Source: Candidatus Latescibacterota bacterium | GTDB lineage: Bacteria; Latescibacterota; UBA2968; GCA-2709665 | NCBI GenBank assembly: GCA_965203805.1 | Contig: OZ241917.1 | Coordinates: forward strand, 4,448,001 to 4,512,000 | Reading direction: 5' to 3' | DNA length: 64,000 nt | Shown: positions 10,059 through 20,384 of the stretch, in pieces | Numbering within the stretch: the first letter of the stretch is position 1 | Layout of the letters: each line of letters starts with the position of its first letter | Made by a program: the position numbers and the translations under genes | Notes under the pieces: generated by a model | Seen by the model: only the letters and a program-made list of their open reading frames with translations | Told to the model about the DNA's origin: nothing | Database searches by the model: none

Positions 10059-10240
10059 GTGCCTCTTGCGGCAATTGACGTCAGGCACGAATTTTTCAAT
10101 TTTTCGATTGCGTGTTTCGTAGTTCCTGATGTTGGTTTTCTCGTGCCTTTGCCGCTTTTTGGTTTTCATCCTGTCCATCCATGTTTGTTCCGTTTCATGA
10201 ACCAATGGGGCTAAGTCGCTTCTCACGGAGGTACCGGGCA

Positions 10241-11221
10241 ATGAGCGAACTTCGCGCCGGACTCATCGGATGCGGCGCGATCGGCGGCGTGCATAGCGAG
10301 GCGGTTGCCGGTCTCGATGGCATACGCATGGCGGCGTTTTGCGACGTGGTTGAAGAGAAGGCGCGTGCGCTGTGCGCGCGCTATGGCGGCGATTACGCCA
10401 CGGATGATGCCGGCCGCATCCTGTCGGACGACTCGCTGGATACCGTCTATATCTGCACCCACCACGACACCCATGCCGACTACTGTATCCGGGCGGCGGA
10501 AGCAGGAAAGAATGTCCTGGTAGAGAAGCCCCTCGCGCTGACGGTTGAGGACTGCCGGAGGATCGGCGATTCGGTCGAGCGGGAGGGGACTCGGCTCTTT
10601 ACGGCCTTCAAGATGCGGTACTATCCGATGGTACAGAGAGCCCGGGAACTGATCCCTGAGCCGCTGATGGTGGTGATGCAGATGATGGACAACCGATGGG
10701 GGGATACCTGGGCCAACGACCCCGTCCTGGGGGGTGGCAACGTATACAGCCAGGGATGTCATTCGTGCGACCTCCTCAGGTACGTGGCCGGCGCGGACCC
10801 GGAGGAAGTCTATGCGGCGGGCGGTAATTATTACCAGCCGAATGGCAGGCTGGACAATCTGACCGCCACGTTCCGATTCGAAAACGGCGCGGCCGGCTGC
10901 TGGATCCAGGGAGATGCCAATCAACCGGAGTTAACGAGCAAGCTTTTCATGGAGGTTTTCGCTGAAGACCGGTCCGTACTGCTTACGGACCGGTTCTGCA
11001 CCCTCACGTATACGGAGACCGGCAAGGAGCCGGTGGTGTACCGTGGTGAAGAGGGAGGGTTTGTGGAGGAGAACCGGCTGTTCGTGGAGGCGTTGAGAAC
11101 CGGGGCGCCGATGGCCGCGGACCACGTGGACGGATTGATGGCCACGCTGATGATGATCCAGGCCGGACGGAGCGTCGAGAGCAAGCGGCCGGAGCCGGTC
11201 GCGTCGCTTGCCCGGGTATGA
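10241..11221 (+). CDS. Gfo/Idh/MocA family oxidoreductase
   Basis: ATG after GGAGG. 'RAGLIGCGAIG', 'GKNVLVEKP', 'GGGNVYSQGCHSCD'. Confidence 0.93.
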   Translation: MSELRAGLIGCGAIGGVHSEAVAGLDGIRMAAFCDVVEEKARALCARYGGDYATDDAGRILSDDSLDTVYICTHHDTHADYCIRAAEAGKNVLVEKPLALTVEDCRRIGDSVEREGTRLFTAFKMRYYPMVQRARELIPEPLMVVMQMMDNRWGDTWANDPVLGGGNVYSQGCHSCDLLRYVAGADPEEVYAAGGNYYQPNGRLDNLTATFRFENGAAGCWIQGDANQPELTSKLFMEVFAEDRSVLLTDRFCTLTYTETGKEPVVYRGEEGGFVEENRLFVEALRTGAPMAADHVDGLMATLMMIQAGRSVESKRPEPVASLARV

Positions 11222-11283
11222 ATCTGCTGCACGGTACACGGGTTTTCTTGCCATCGTCACTGAAATGATCGGGAGGGAACACC

Positions 11284-13626
11284 ATGAAGGAACACAGACA
11301 TCCGCACCCGCACAAAGACCCCCGGCAGCCCGGGGACGGCGCCAGGCCCGGGACGAACCCTCCGGTCTTCGCATGGCTGCCATTGGAGGACGCGGACGGA
11401 TATCGGCTCGAGGTGGCGCGGGATTCTTCGTTTGAGACCATCTGTCTGGACATAGGTGGACTACAGGAGTCTCTTTACCTTCCCGAGACGGCTCTGGATC
11501 CCGGGATGTATTTCTGGCGGTGGTCCGCGGGACCTGCGGCGACCTCGGAGGTCTTCGCGTTTGAGATCGATCCGGAAGCCGTTGTGGTCGAGGTGCCTCC
11601 GGCCAGCGACTGGCTGAAAGGATTCCCGGCGGAACACCCGCGAATCTACGTGCGACCCGAGGAAGTGCCCGCGCTCCGCTCTTCAGCTGCCGGTGAGGAG
11701 GCTCAGGCGTGGGCGCGTCTGCGAGAGAGCGCCGAGGCCGTGTTGGCCGAATCCCATGAAATCGAGGAGCCGCCCTTTCTTCCGGACCGAAGCGAGAACT
11801 ATCAGAAATATCACGAGACCTGGGCGCCGATAATGTGGAATTCCAGGCGTTTCGTGAAGGGCGCCGAGACCCTGGGGCTGGCCTATCTGGTGAGTGGTGA
11901 GGATGTCTTCGCCCGCGCCGCGTGCCGGAGGATGGCGTCCATATCCCGCTGGGACCCGGAGGGGTCAAGCCATCTCCCCCACAACGATGAAGCCCACATG
12001 TCGGTGATCTGGAACGGTTCGAATGCGTGCGACTGGGTATGGGACCGTTTTACGGAGCAGGAACGCGAGGCCGTCGTGGCGCAATTCCGGCGGCGTGGGC
12101 AGATCACGTTCGACCATATGCACAACAGGGGGTCCTACGGAGTGACGCGTTTCGACTCGCACGCCGGCCGTGAGATCGTGTTTCTGGCGCACATCGCGCT
12201 CGTGTTTCACGAGCATATTCCCGAAGCGCAGGCATGGCTGGAGTGGCTCAGGCCGGTGCTGTGCGGCATCTGGCCGATCTGGGCGGGGGACGACGGGGCA
12301 TGGGCGGAAGGACCCTCCTATGGACTGGCTTATGTCACCATCATGACGATGTTCGCCTCGGCATTGAAGCGGGGTATCGGCGTGGACCTGTACCGGAAAC
12401 CCTTCTGGAAGAACCACGCCCGGTGGCGCCAGTATTGCCTGCCGCCGTACGCCGAGTGGATGGGATTCGGCGACCATACGGAACGATGGGCAGGAACCTG
12501 GCGGTCGAACGCGGATCTGGTGGACCTGATCGGACGCGAGACGGGCACCGCCGAGTTCACGGAATACGTGAAGGCGTTCCGGGCGGAGGCGGAGGAGATG
12601 CAGACGCCGGCGGAACGGCGAAGCTCCGGCGTCCTGTCACAACTGGTTCTGGCCGGGCCCGTACAGACGCGGCCGCCTTCGGACGCGGACGGAACGATCC
12701 TGCGTGTGTTCCCGGCCGCGGGCTGGTGCGCGGTCCGGACGCATCTGAACGATCCCGCGCGGGATGTCGCGATGATCTTCCGGTCTTCCCCGCTGGGCGC
12801 CATCAGCCATTCCCACGCGAACAACAACGACTTCATTCTGCACGCGGGCGGCAAGGTGATGGCGATGCCCAGCGGGTATTACATCGGGTACGGTTCGGAC
12901 CATCACACGCACTGGGTGTGGCACACCAAATCTCACAACTGCGTGACCCTTTCGGACGCGTCGCAGATTATGCGGTCCCACGATTCGCTGGGAAGCATCG
13001 AGAACGACTTCGAGGACGAACGGCTCGCCTACTTTGCGGGCATCGCGGACGCCAGCTACAGCGACCGCGCGGAACGCTGCCGGCGGCACGTTTTCTTCCT
13101 GAAGGCGAAGCGCTGTTTCGTGATGATCGACGAGTTCGTCGCGGTACCGGGCATCGATTCGGCGCTCCAGTGGAATATCCACTCCTGGAACCGTTTTTCC
13201 GTGGATGAGGAGGCAAGGACCTTCCTGCTGGAGCGTGACGGGAGCTCCCTCGAAGGGCACTTCATGTACCACAACAACGCATTCTTCTCTCTGAGCGAGG
13301 GATGGGACCCGCCTCCGATGCGGACCGGGAAGGATGAATCGCAGTGGGGCGAGCAGTACCACCTGCGCTTCACGCCCTCCGGCCTGGTGAGTCGCCGCAA
13401 CCTGGGGGTGGTGTTGTGTCCGGGGCACGGTTCGCTTGACAGGGCGGAAGTACAGACCGAGCGATCGGGCGAGACCGAAGCGGCACGGATCGGCGACGAC
13501 CTCGTGCTGGTGGGCGTTCGGGACGGCGTGTCCTACGGCGAGCATCGCTCGGCCGGGCTGGCGCTGCTGGTCGTCCAGGGCCACACGTATGAACTTGGCG
13601 ATGGCGGCGTGGTGGCAGGACGGTAA
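11284..13626 (+). CDS. DUF4962 + heparinase II/III-like lyase (PL15/oligoalginate lyase-like), no signal peptide
   Basis: N-terminal 'NPPVFAW' Ig-like module. 'HPRIY', 'FDSH', 'WAEGPSY', 'SHSHANNNDF', 'HTKSHNCVTL'. Confidence 0.85.
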   Translation: MKEHRHPHPHKDPRQPGDGARPGTNPPVFAWLPLEDADGYRLEVARDSSFETICLDIGGLQESLYLPETALDPGMYFWRWSAGPAATSEVFAFEIDPEAVVVEVPPASDWLKGFPAEHPRIYVRPEEVPALRSSAAGEEAQAWARLRESAEAVLAESHEIEEPPFLPDRSENYQKYHETWAPIMWNSRRFVKGAETLGLAYLVSGEDVFARAACRRMASISRWDPEGSSHLPHNDEAHMSVIWNGSNACDWVWDRFTEQEREAVVAQFRRRGQITFDHMHNRGSYGVTRFDSHAGREIVFLAHIALVFHEHIPEAQAWLEWLRPVLCGIWPIWAGDDGAWAEGPSYGLAYVTIMTMFASALKRGIGVDLYRKPFWKNHARWRQYCLPPYAEWMGFGDHTERWAGTWRSNADLVDLIGRETGTAEFTEYVKAFRAEAEEMQTPAERRSSGVLSQLVLAGPVQTRPPSDADGTILRVFPAAGWCAVRTHLNDPARDVAMIFRSSPLGAISHSHANNNDFILHAGGKVMAMPSGYYIGYGSDHHTHWVWHTKSHNCVTLSDASQIMRSHDSLGSIENDFEDERLAYFAGIADASYSDRAERCRRHVFFLKAKRCFVMIDEFVAVPGIDSALQWNIHSWNRFSVDEEARTFLLERDGSSLEGHFMYHNNAFFSLSEGWDPPPMRTGKDESQWGEQYHLRFTPSGLVSRRNLGVVLCPGHGSLDRAEVQTERSGETEAARIGDDLVLVGVRDGVSYGEHRSAGLALLVVQGHTYELGDGGVVAGR

Positions 13627-13706
13627 ATGCAGGCCATCGTCAGGCGATACTTGACAGAAATCCGAAAAACATACCCGCATGAGGGTGCTGTAGCGAGGAG
13701 AGTCCC

Positions 13707-16700
13707 GTGAAGAACGGACCGGTGGGCCTGAAGGTGGAAGCGCTGAAAGCCATGTGTCTCGATACGGCGCTGGTGGTCGACGGCGAGCCGCAGGCGACCA
13801 TTGTCATCGGCGGGGATGGTGCGCACGCGCGGCATGCAGACAGAATCGTCGAGCGGGTGAAGTCGGCGACGGGCGCGCGCCTGGACGTGGTCACGGCGGT
13901 AGACGCGAATGCCGGAATGCTGCGGAAGGGGCACGTGGTGGCGCTGGGAAATATGGCTGACAACGCCTTTATCCGGTGGCTGTATTACCAGTGGTGGGCG
14001 GTGGAAGACCGTTGTTATCCGGGAAGGGGCGGGTACGCGTTGCGGACGCTGCACAATCCACTGGGCAACGGCAACAACGTGGTGCTGTTGGGGGCCAGCG
14101 ACGAAACCGGACTGGAGCGTGTGGTGTCGCGTTTTGCGACACTTGTGTCCGATGAGAAGACCGGCGGCCTGGGGAGGTTGATGGAAATCCGGCTCGGTCC
14201 CGAATTCGACGCATTCGGCCGTCCGCCGGAGGGATGGCTGCAGGAACGGCGGGAGGACTTCCTCGCACGGGCGACCGCAGAGCACGCCTCTGAATCGGGC
14301 GCGGGCTTCCAGTTTATTTCCGAGGCGGGCGCGTACGGGCTGATGTATCACCGCACCGGTTACGAGGCGTATGCAGAGGCCGTTCGGGAAATCGCGGAAG
14401 CGCATTTGAAGATGGGCGAGTTCGGGGTGATGGCACACTTTCACGTCTGGTGGCTGGCCGCGGTGTGGGACCTGATCGAAGAGAGCCCCGTGTTCTCGGA
14501 CGAGGACCGGCTGAGGATCACGCAATACCTGCTGTGGATCATGGATTCCACCGAGGGGGCGTATACCCGGTTCTTCCGTGAGGGCGTGGGGCACCGGATG
14601 GTCCGGCAGAACCACCAGACGCTGGTGGCGCTGGCGGCGTGGTTCGGCGGGCGGTATTTCTCGACGCACTACGGCTTCGAGGAGGCGAAGGAGTGGATGG
14701 CCGCGTCCGCGGACGTGTTCAAGGGGCAGGCGGTGTCGTTCAAACCGATCGAGGATGCCAACGCGTACCAGTGGATGACGCTGGACCACATCCTGACCTA
14801 CACGCTGGCGAGCGGAGATACCACGTATATCGACAACGGGAACTGCGGGCGGTCTCTGGACCAGGCGGTGCTTTACTGCAACAACCGGGGCGCCCTTCCG
14901 GCGTTTGGAGATACGGGGGCTCCGATGGAAGGATACCCGACGAATTTCCTGGTCAAGGCGGGGCATGTATTGCAGGACGGCCGCGCGGCGTTCCTGCTGG
15001 GCAAACGGTTCGACAGACCGTCGGACTATTTTCGGCCACAGCCGCCGGGTGAGCGTTACGAGTCCGTAAGCGATCCATTGCTGGTAAGGAGCTTTGAAAA
15101 GTATTTCTGCGACGGGCTGGCGCCGGAGGTCCCGGTGGAGATGGCCGGCGTACAGGTGCTGGAGGTCGCGGGCGGGTTCTACGATTTCGCGGAAGACCCG
15201 AAGGCGAGGCCGCGCGAAGTGAAGCCGCTGAATCTGCGAAGGGACGAGGCGTTCGACACCATCTGTTTCCGTGAGGGGTTTTGCCGGGACGACCAGTACC
15301 TGATGCTGCACGGGATCTTCTACGGCAACCACAGCCACGAAGACGGGAATACCATCGCGGAATTCTCGGCGAACGACCGGCTTTACCTGGTGGATGCATC
15401 GTATACGGAAGGGCCGACGCTCAAACACCACAATGGCGTGACGGCGGTGCGGAACGGAGAGGCATGGAACGTGCCCGCGCTGTGCCGCATGGAGGGCGCG
15501 GCGGACCTGGGCCGTGCGGGCATGAGCCGGACGTCCGTGGAAGGAGACTGGGGCGCAACGTGGGTCCGGAACGTCGTGTGGCGAAGGGGGCGCTTTTTCG
15601 TGGTGGTGGACGAAGTCGAAGCAACGAAGGCGGGCGCGTTCGCGCTCCAGTGCCACTGGCGCACATTGGGGACGCCCGCCTTGAAGGACGGTACGCTGGA
15701 GGCGGTGCAGCAAGACCCCGAGACCGGCCGCGAAGACCGGTTTGTCCTGCAGAGCGCGGGCGGAGGCCGGATGTCGCTGGAGCGGGACTGGGAGAATTTC
15801 GGCCACTGGTGGGATTCATATCCCTATGCGGACAATTACGTGAACATCCTGCGCGAGTCGGCCAACCGGGAGATGGCGGTGGGAGACCGGCACACGTTTC
15901 TCAATCTGTTCTATGCCTCCAACCCGGAGAAACCCGTGGACGACCGGATGCGCCGCGTGGGCGAATCGGTCGTTGTGGTCGAAGGATCGGACGGCTGGAT
16001 GCTGGCAGGCACCGGGGGCGGAGACGGTGCGTTCGAGGTCGGGCCTCTTGCGGGCCGCGCCGAAATCTTCGCGGCCGGCGACGGGTGGTTTGCGCTGTGC
16101 AACGGGACATCGCTTTATTCGGAAGATGCGATGTTTGAAAGCGAACGCCCCGTTTCGATCGAGTTCGATCTGGATGCGGGAGAGGGCGTGGTTGTGGCGT
16201 CCGAACCTGCCGAGATCTCCCTGTGTGGCGAGCGGATCCGCGTTGCGGCCGGGAGGCAGGAGGTGAAGACACGGAAGCGCGGAGCAGGTGTAATTTCGAT
16301 GGGCGGGATCACGGACCTCCCGGCGTACCTGGCGGACGTTCAGGCGCCCGCGTGGGCAGCGTCTGTTCCGGGGTTGCGGAGCGTCTGGACGTACGACGCC
16401 GGTTCGGGCGTACGCTGCGCCGCCGGGGGCCCGGACGGGGTGGTCCTGGGAACGGAGGACGGACGGGTCCTGGCGCTGGACGAAAACGGGAAGCCGGCCT
16501 GGTCCTTCCAGGCGAACGGGCCCGTGCTTTCCGTGTATCCGGCGGACCTGGACGACGGGCGTTGTGTGATCGCGGGCGCCGACGACCGGCGCCTCTATCT
16601 GCTGGAGGAAGGCGGACGCGTGCGGTGGTCGCGCGAATTCGAGATCTACAGGGGAACATGGGACCGGTACGCCCGGAATTCCGCGGTGGAGTTCGTAACG

Positions 16701-17444
16701 GCGGCGGACCTGCGCGGCGACGGGCAGACGGATATCCTTGCGGCGGTCTCGGACCGGCAACTCCACTGTTTTGACGCCGACGGCGTCGAACGCTGGAGTT
16801 TTATGATCTACGGGATATTCGCGCCGCTTCGCGTGGCGGATATCGATGGAGACGGTCGGCGGGAGGTGATCGGCGGACCGGGCCGGATCACGTGCGGAGG
16901 GACCTGCTATGTGCTGGACGCGGACGGCCGCAACCTCGGCAGCAACGGGCTGGACGGGTGGGCGTCCATGATGCCCGCGTGCGACGTTTGGGTGCGGGAG
17001 GAGGACCATCTTATCGTTTGCGGGACGAACCGGTCGCACGTCTTCGGGTTGAAGCTGGAGGGCAATCGACTGGCGACGCTGTGGAAGCAGCGGGTAGGTG
17101 AGGAAGTCAACGCGGTCTGCGCGGTTGACGTGGATGGGGACGACAGGCCGGAAGTCGTGGTCGGGTCGGACTGCTTCTATCTCTATCTGCTGGATGAGGA
17201 AGGTACGGAGCGCTGGAGGCGAAACCTGGGAGCGCCGGTGCAACAGGTGATGGTTGCTGACCTGAACGGAAGCGCAAATATCGTCGCGGCGTGCGAGGAT
17301 GGAACCATGTGGGTCCTGGACGGGTACGGCGCGACAGTTGCGAGCCATTCGGCGAATGGCGCGATTCACGTGCTGGCGGCGGACGGCGGGGGGCATCTGA
17401 TGCTCGGGGGGTCGGATGGGACGCTTACGGTGCTGGGGACGTGA
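13707..17444 (+). CDS. Large heparinase II/III-like protein with C-terminal PQQ/FG-GAP beta-propeller (paralog A), 1245 aa
   Basis: GTG after GAGGAG. 'YPGRGGYALRTLHNPLGNGNNVVLLG', 'RQNHQ', 'EDANAYQW', 'NHSHEDGN', 'HHNGV'. C-terminal 'DIDGDGRREV' and 'DVDGDDRPEV' repeats. Confidence 0.8.
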   Translation: MKNGPVGLKVEALKAMCLDTALVVDGEPQATIVIGGDGAHARHADRIVERVKSATGARLDVVTAVDANAGMLRKGHVVALGNMADNAFIRWLYYQWWAVEDRCYPGRGGYALRTLHNPLGNGNNVVLLGASDETGLERVVSRFATLVSDEKTGGLGRLMEIRLGPEFDAFGRPPEGWLQERREDFLARATAEHASESGAGFQFISEAGAYGLMYHRTGYEAYAEAVREIAEAHLKMGEFGVMAHFHVWWLAAVWDLIEESPVFSDEDRLRITQYLLWIMDSTEGAYTRFFREGVGHRMVRQNHQTLVALAAWFGGRYFSTHYGFEEAKEWMAASADVFKGQAVSFKPIEDANAYQWMTLDHILTYTLASGDTTYIDNGNCGRSLDQAVLYCNNRGALPAFGDTGAPMEGYPTNFLVKAGHVLQDGRAAFLLGKRFDRPSDYFRPQPPGERYESVSDPLLVRSFEKYFCDGLAPEVPVEMAGVQVLEVAGGFYDFAEDPKARPREVKPLNLRRDEAFDTICFREGFCRDDQYLMLHGIFYGNHSHEDGNTIAEFSANDRLYLVDASYTEGPTLKHHNGVTAVRNGEAWNVPALCRMEGAADLGRAGMSRTSVEGDWGATWVRNVVWRRGRFFVVVDEVEATKAGAFALQCHWRTLGTPALKDGTLEAVQQDPETGREDRFVLQSAGGGRMSLERDWENFGHWWDSYPYADNYVNILRESANREMAVGDRHTFLNLFYASNPEKPVDDRMRRVGESVVVVEGSDGWMLAGTGGGDGAFEVGPLAGRAEIFAAGDGWFALCNGTSLYSEDAMFESERPVSIEFDLDAGEGVVVASEPAEISLCGERIRVAAGRQEVKTRKRGAGVISMGGITDLPAYLADVQAPAWAASVPGLRSVWTYDAGSGVRCAAGGPDGVVLGTEDGRVLALDENGKPAWSFQANGPVLSVYPADLDDGRCVIAGADDRRLYLLEEGGRVRWSREFEIYRGTWDRYARNSAVEFVTAADLRGDGQTDILAAVSDRQLHCFDADGVERWSFMIYGIFAPLRVADIDGDGRREVIGGPGRITCGGTCYVLDADGRNLGSNGLDGWASMMPACDVWVREEDHLIVCGTNRSHVFGLKLEGNRLATLWKQRVGEEVNAVCAVDVDGDDRPEVVVGSDCFYLYLLDEEGTERWRRNLGAPVQQVMVADLNGSANIVAACEDGTMWVLDGYGATVASHSANGAIHVLAADGGGHLMLGGSDGTLTVLGT

Positions 17445-17538
17445 GGACTGTTTGATTGCGGTTCTTGCCTCGTTTCACTAGCGGGACAGAGGCGACGGTC
17501 GGCTCCGGATACCGGGGCCCGTCAAGGGAGCCGGAGAG

Positions 17539-20277
17539 ATGTTTCGATCGATCTTTTTGGTCCTTTTCCTCAATTTGTGGATCGAAAGCCTCGCGTTCGC
17601 CGTGCCCGGAGATCCCTCGAAGAGCGAAGTGATTCGGGAGGAAGTGCTCTTTTCGGCATCCGGCGAAGCGCTTGGACAGGTTGCTTCAGGGAGGTTCGAT
17701 CTCCTTCGGCGTGAGGATGGAACGGTAGTCCGTACGCTTGGATCGGATTTCGCATTGAGGCTGAACCCGGACCTGATGCCGGGCATCTATCGGATGAGCG
17801 TTCGCTGTCTGGCCCCGTCGACGTCAACCGATTCGTTCTGGCTGGAGATAAACGGTGAGCGGCAGCCGCAAGCGATCGTGTTGCCCAAGGGCGCTTACGG
17901 AGAGGTGCACAGGGGCTTTCGCCTGGACGTGCCGGGACGAACGGACATACGCCTCGTGCTGCGGGAACGGCCCGGCGTGAGTGTGGCGCAACTGAAGCTG
18001 ACGCATCTCACGGTGCAGTACGATGCCGCGTTGGTCATCCGTCCCGATTTGGCGCGGGAGCGCCCGCGACTCTTCCTGACGCGGTGGGACGTCCAGCGGT
18101 TGCGCGACGTTCAGCGCGGCGCGGCCGGCCGGCGGCTCTACCGCCGGCAGGGGATGTTGCGAGGCACGCCGCCTCCCCGAACGGGGCCGCCAAAGCGCGC
18201 GGGGTGGGCATGGCGCATGGAGAATCAGGCGATCCCGTGTCTGCTCGCCAACTCCACCGATGCGAACGAGCGTTTCGATGCCATCCGGCGTCACATTCTC
18301 ACGATTTGCACATACGATAAATGGCTACCGGACGGCTGGTCGCACAGCACGCCGGACCTGGACCTGGACGCGGCCTATATGATCCATGGTACCGCGATTG
18401 CCTACGACTGGCTCTACAACTGGTTCACGGCAGAGGACCGGCGGATCATCCGCGAGAAGCTGACGTACCAGGCGCGGCTCATGTTCGAGGCGTCCTTTCT
18501 GGAGCGGATGTATTGGGCGCGCACGGTGCAACAGAACCACTACTGGTTCGACAACTACGCCATCGGCGTGGCCGGCGCCGCGCTTTACGGCGAGGTCCCG
18601 GAGGCCGAGGTGTGGATGGCCTGGAGCTGGGACCGACTGCAAGGTACGCTGAAGACCTTCGGAGAAGACGGTGGGTTCCACGAGGGCCCTGCCTACTGGA
18701 ACTTCTCCATGGGGTCTCTCTTTCGATGGATCGACCTCTATGAGCACACAACGGGACAGACCATTGCATACGCGGACACGTGGCTGAGGAAGACCGGCTA
18801 TTTCCCGATCCACTACGTCTACCCCGACCTGCGTTCCGGCGCGGCGATTGAAGATACGTTTCGACCCGGTGTCGTCCCCTCGCTGGAGACGCTGCTGTGG
18901 TTGGCCGCGAGGAACCGTGACCCGCGATTGTTCCGGGTTGCCGAACTGATTCACGCGGGGAAGCACAGCACGCACTGGTGGACGCTGAAAGCGCTGGCCG
19001 CGGACATTGGCGCGGCGGCGGGTACGCTGGACGAGATGATGCCGGCGCTTGCCTACTACCCTGACGTGGAGATGTACTTCGCACGGACGTCGTGGCGGAC
19101 GGATGCCACGATGTTCGCGCTCGAGGCGAGGCCGCTTGGAGGGCATACGCTGGCTCGACTGAACGAGGCGTATCCCTGGATCCGCGGTGTGGGACACAAC
19201 CATCCCGCACAGAACAGCTTCGTGCTTTACGGTAACGGGAAGGAACTGCTGATCGATCCGGGTTACACGCTGAAAAAGGAAACGGCGAACCACAATACGG
19301 TGCTGGTCGACGGGCAGGGGCAGTACGGCGACGGAGAGCGATGGCCGCGCTGGTATCCTGGATGGTCGCACATCGGGTACGCCTCAGCGCAGTTTCCGTA
19401 CGTGCGGGGGGAGGCCGCATCGGCGTATCCGCCCGAGTTGGGTCTGAAGCGGTTCACGAGACAGATGCTGATGCTGGACGGCAAGCGTATATTGATTGCA
19501 GACCATCTGGAGGCCGATCGACCCCGGCGCTTTACGTGGCTGCTGCATTTCGACGAAGACGCGGAGGTGGTATCGGCGGGCGAAGGGCGGTTCGCGGCGT
19601 CTTACGATGGCGCACCACTGCAGATCGACGTACTGACTCCGCACGGCCTTGCATCCCATATCGACCGTTACGAGCCGACGTGGAACAATATCGCCCGTCC
19701 GGACTATCACCCAAGGGTCGGACGGCTGCAGCTGACGACGGGCGCTGTTGGCGCCACCTGTGTTGTGGCCGTCCTGGGCCTGGAGCGCGGAGCCGCGCGT
19801 CCGACGATCGATATCGGCCCCCGAGTCCTGCTGGTCGCGTTTCCGGACAGTACCCGCGTGGGCTTCAATCGAACGGCCGAAGTGGTCGCGGTGGATGGAC
19901 TCGAGACAGACGGGCGCGCAGTCGTCATTACTCCTGAGGGTAACGGCGGACGCAGGGCCAGGGTGCTGGACATGCTCCGCTACCGCGATGGCTCGGGTCT
20001 CTTACACGACATTCCGGAGCGCGAGGGCGAATTCGTCCTGGCGAACGGCGTCTGGCTGCCAACCTTCCCGGTGGCTCCCGTAGTGGTCACGGCGGACTTC
20101 GACGGGAACCGTACCGTGGGCTTCAGCGATTTCCTTGCGTTCGCGCAAGCGTTCGGCGCCCGCGCCGGTCAGGAGGACTGGGACGCCAGGTTCGACCTGA
20201 ACGGCGACGGCGAGGTGGGATTCGGAGATTTTCTCTTGTTCGCAATTCAATTCGGCCGGCGTGATTCCGGGAATTGA
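17539..20277 (+). CDS. Secreted DUF4962/heparinase II/III-like lyase with a C-terminal dockerin/EF-hand-like tail
   Basis: Signal peptide. 'RPRLF', 'QQNHYW', 'HEGPAYW', 'GHNHPAQNSF', 'HNTVLVDGQGQ'. Tail 'ADFDGNRTVGFSDFLAFAQAFG...DLNGDGEVGFGDFLLFAIQFG'. Confidence 0.85.
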   Translation: MFRSIFLVLFLNLWIESLAFAVPGDPSKSEVIREEVLFSASGEALGQVASGRFDLLRREDGTVVRTLGSDFALRLNPDLMPGIYRMSVRCLAPSTSTDSFWLEINGERQPQAIVLPKGAYGEVHRGFRLDVPGRTDIRLVLRERPGVSVAQLKLTHLTVQYDAALVIRPDLARERPRLFLTRWDVQRLRDVQRGAAGRRLYRRQGMLRGTPPPRTGPPKRAGWAWRMENQAIPCLLANSTDANERFDAIRRHILTICTYDKWLPDGWSHSTPDLDLDAAYMIHGTAIAYDWLYNWFTAEDRRIIREKLTYQARLMFEASFLERMYWARTVQQNHYWFDNYAIGVAGAALYGEVPEAEVWMAWSWDRLQGTLKTFGEDGGFHEGPAYWNFSMGSLFRWIDLYEHTTGQTIAYADTWLRKTGYFPIHYVYPDLRSGAAIEDTFRPGVVPSLETLLWLAARNRDPRLFRVAELIHAGKHSTHWWTLKALAADIGAAAGTLDEMMPALAYYPDVEMYFARTSWRTDATMFALEARPLGGHTLARLNEAYPWIRGVGHNHPAQNSFVLYGNGKELLIDPGYTLKKETANHNTVLVDGQGQYGDGERWPRWYPGWSHIGYASAQFPYVRGEAASAYPPELGLKRFTRQMLMLDGKRILIADHLEADRPRRFTWLLHFDEDAEVVSAGEGRFAASYDGAPLQIDVLTPHGLASHIDRYEPTWNNIARPDYHPRVGRLQLTTGAVGATCVVAVLGLERGAARPTIDIGPRVLLVAFPDSTRVGFNRTAEVVAVDGLETDGRAVVITPEGNGGRRARVLDMLRYRDGSGLLHDIPEREGEFVLANGVWLPTFPVAPVVVTADFDGNRTVGFSDFLAFAQAFGARAGQEDWDARFDLNGDGEVGFGDFLLFAIQFGRRDSGN

Positions 20278-20384
20278 TGGGGGGACCCGAGGTCCCGCGA
20301 TCCCTGCGAGCCCGCGCTCGAATTCCGCCGTCTTTCTGGAGGATATGCGCCACGTTCTCTATTGTCTGCAGGAGGTGAAAACAC

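Noticed and set aside
13651-13680. TTGACA upstream of paralog A as a sigma70 promoter
   Set aside because: No acceptable -10 hexamer at 16-18 nt spacing.
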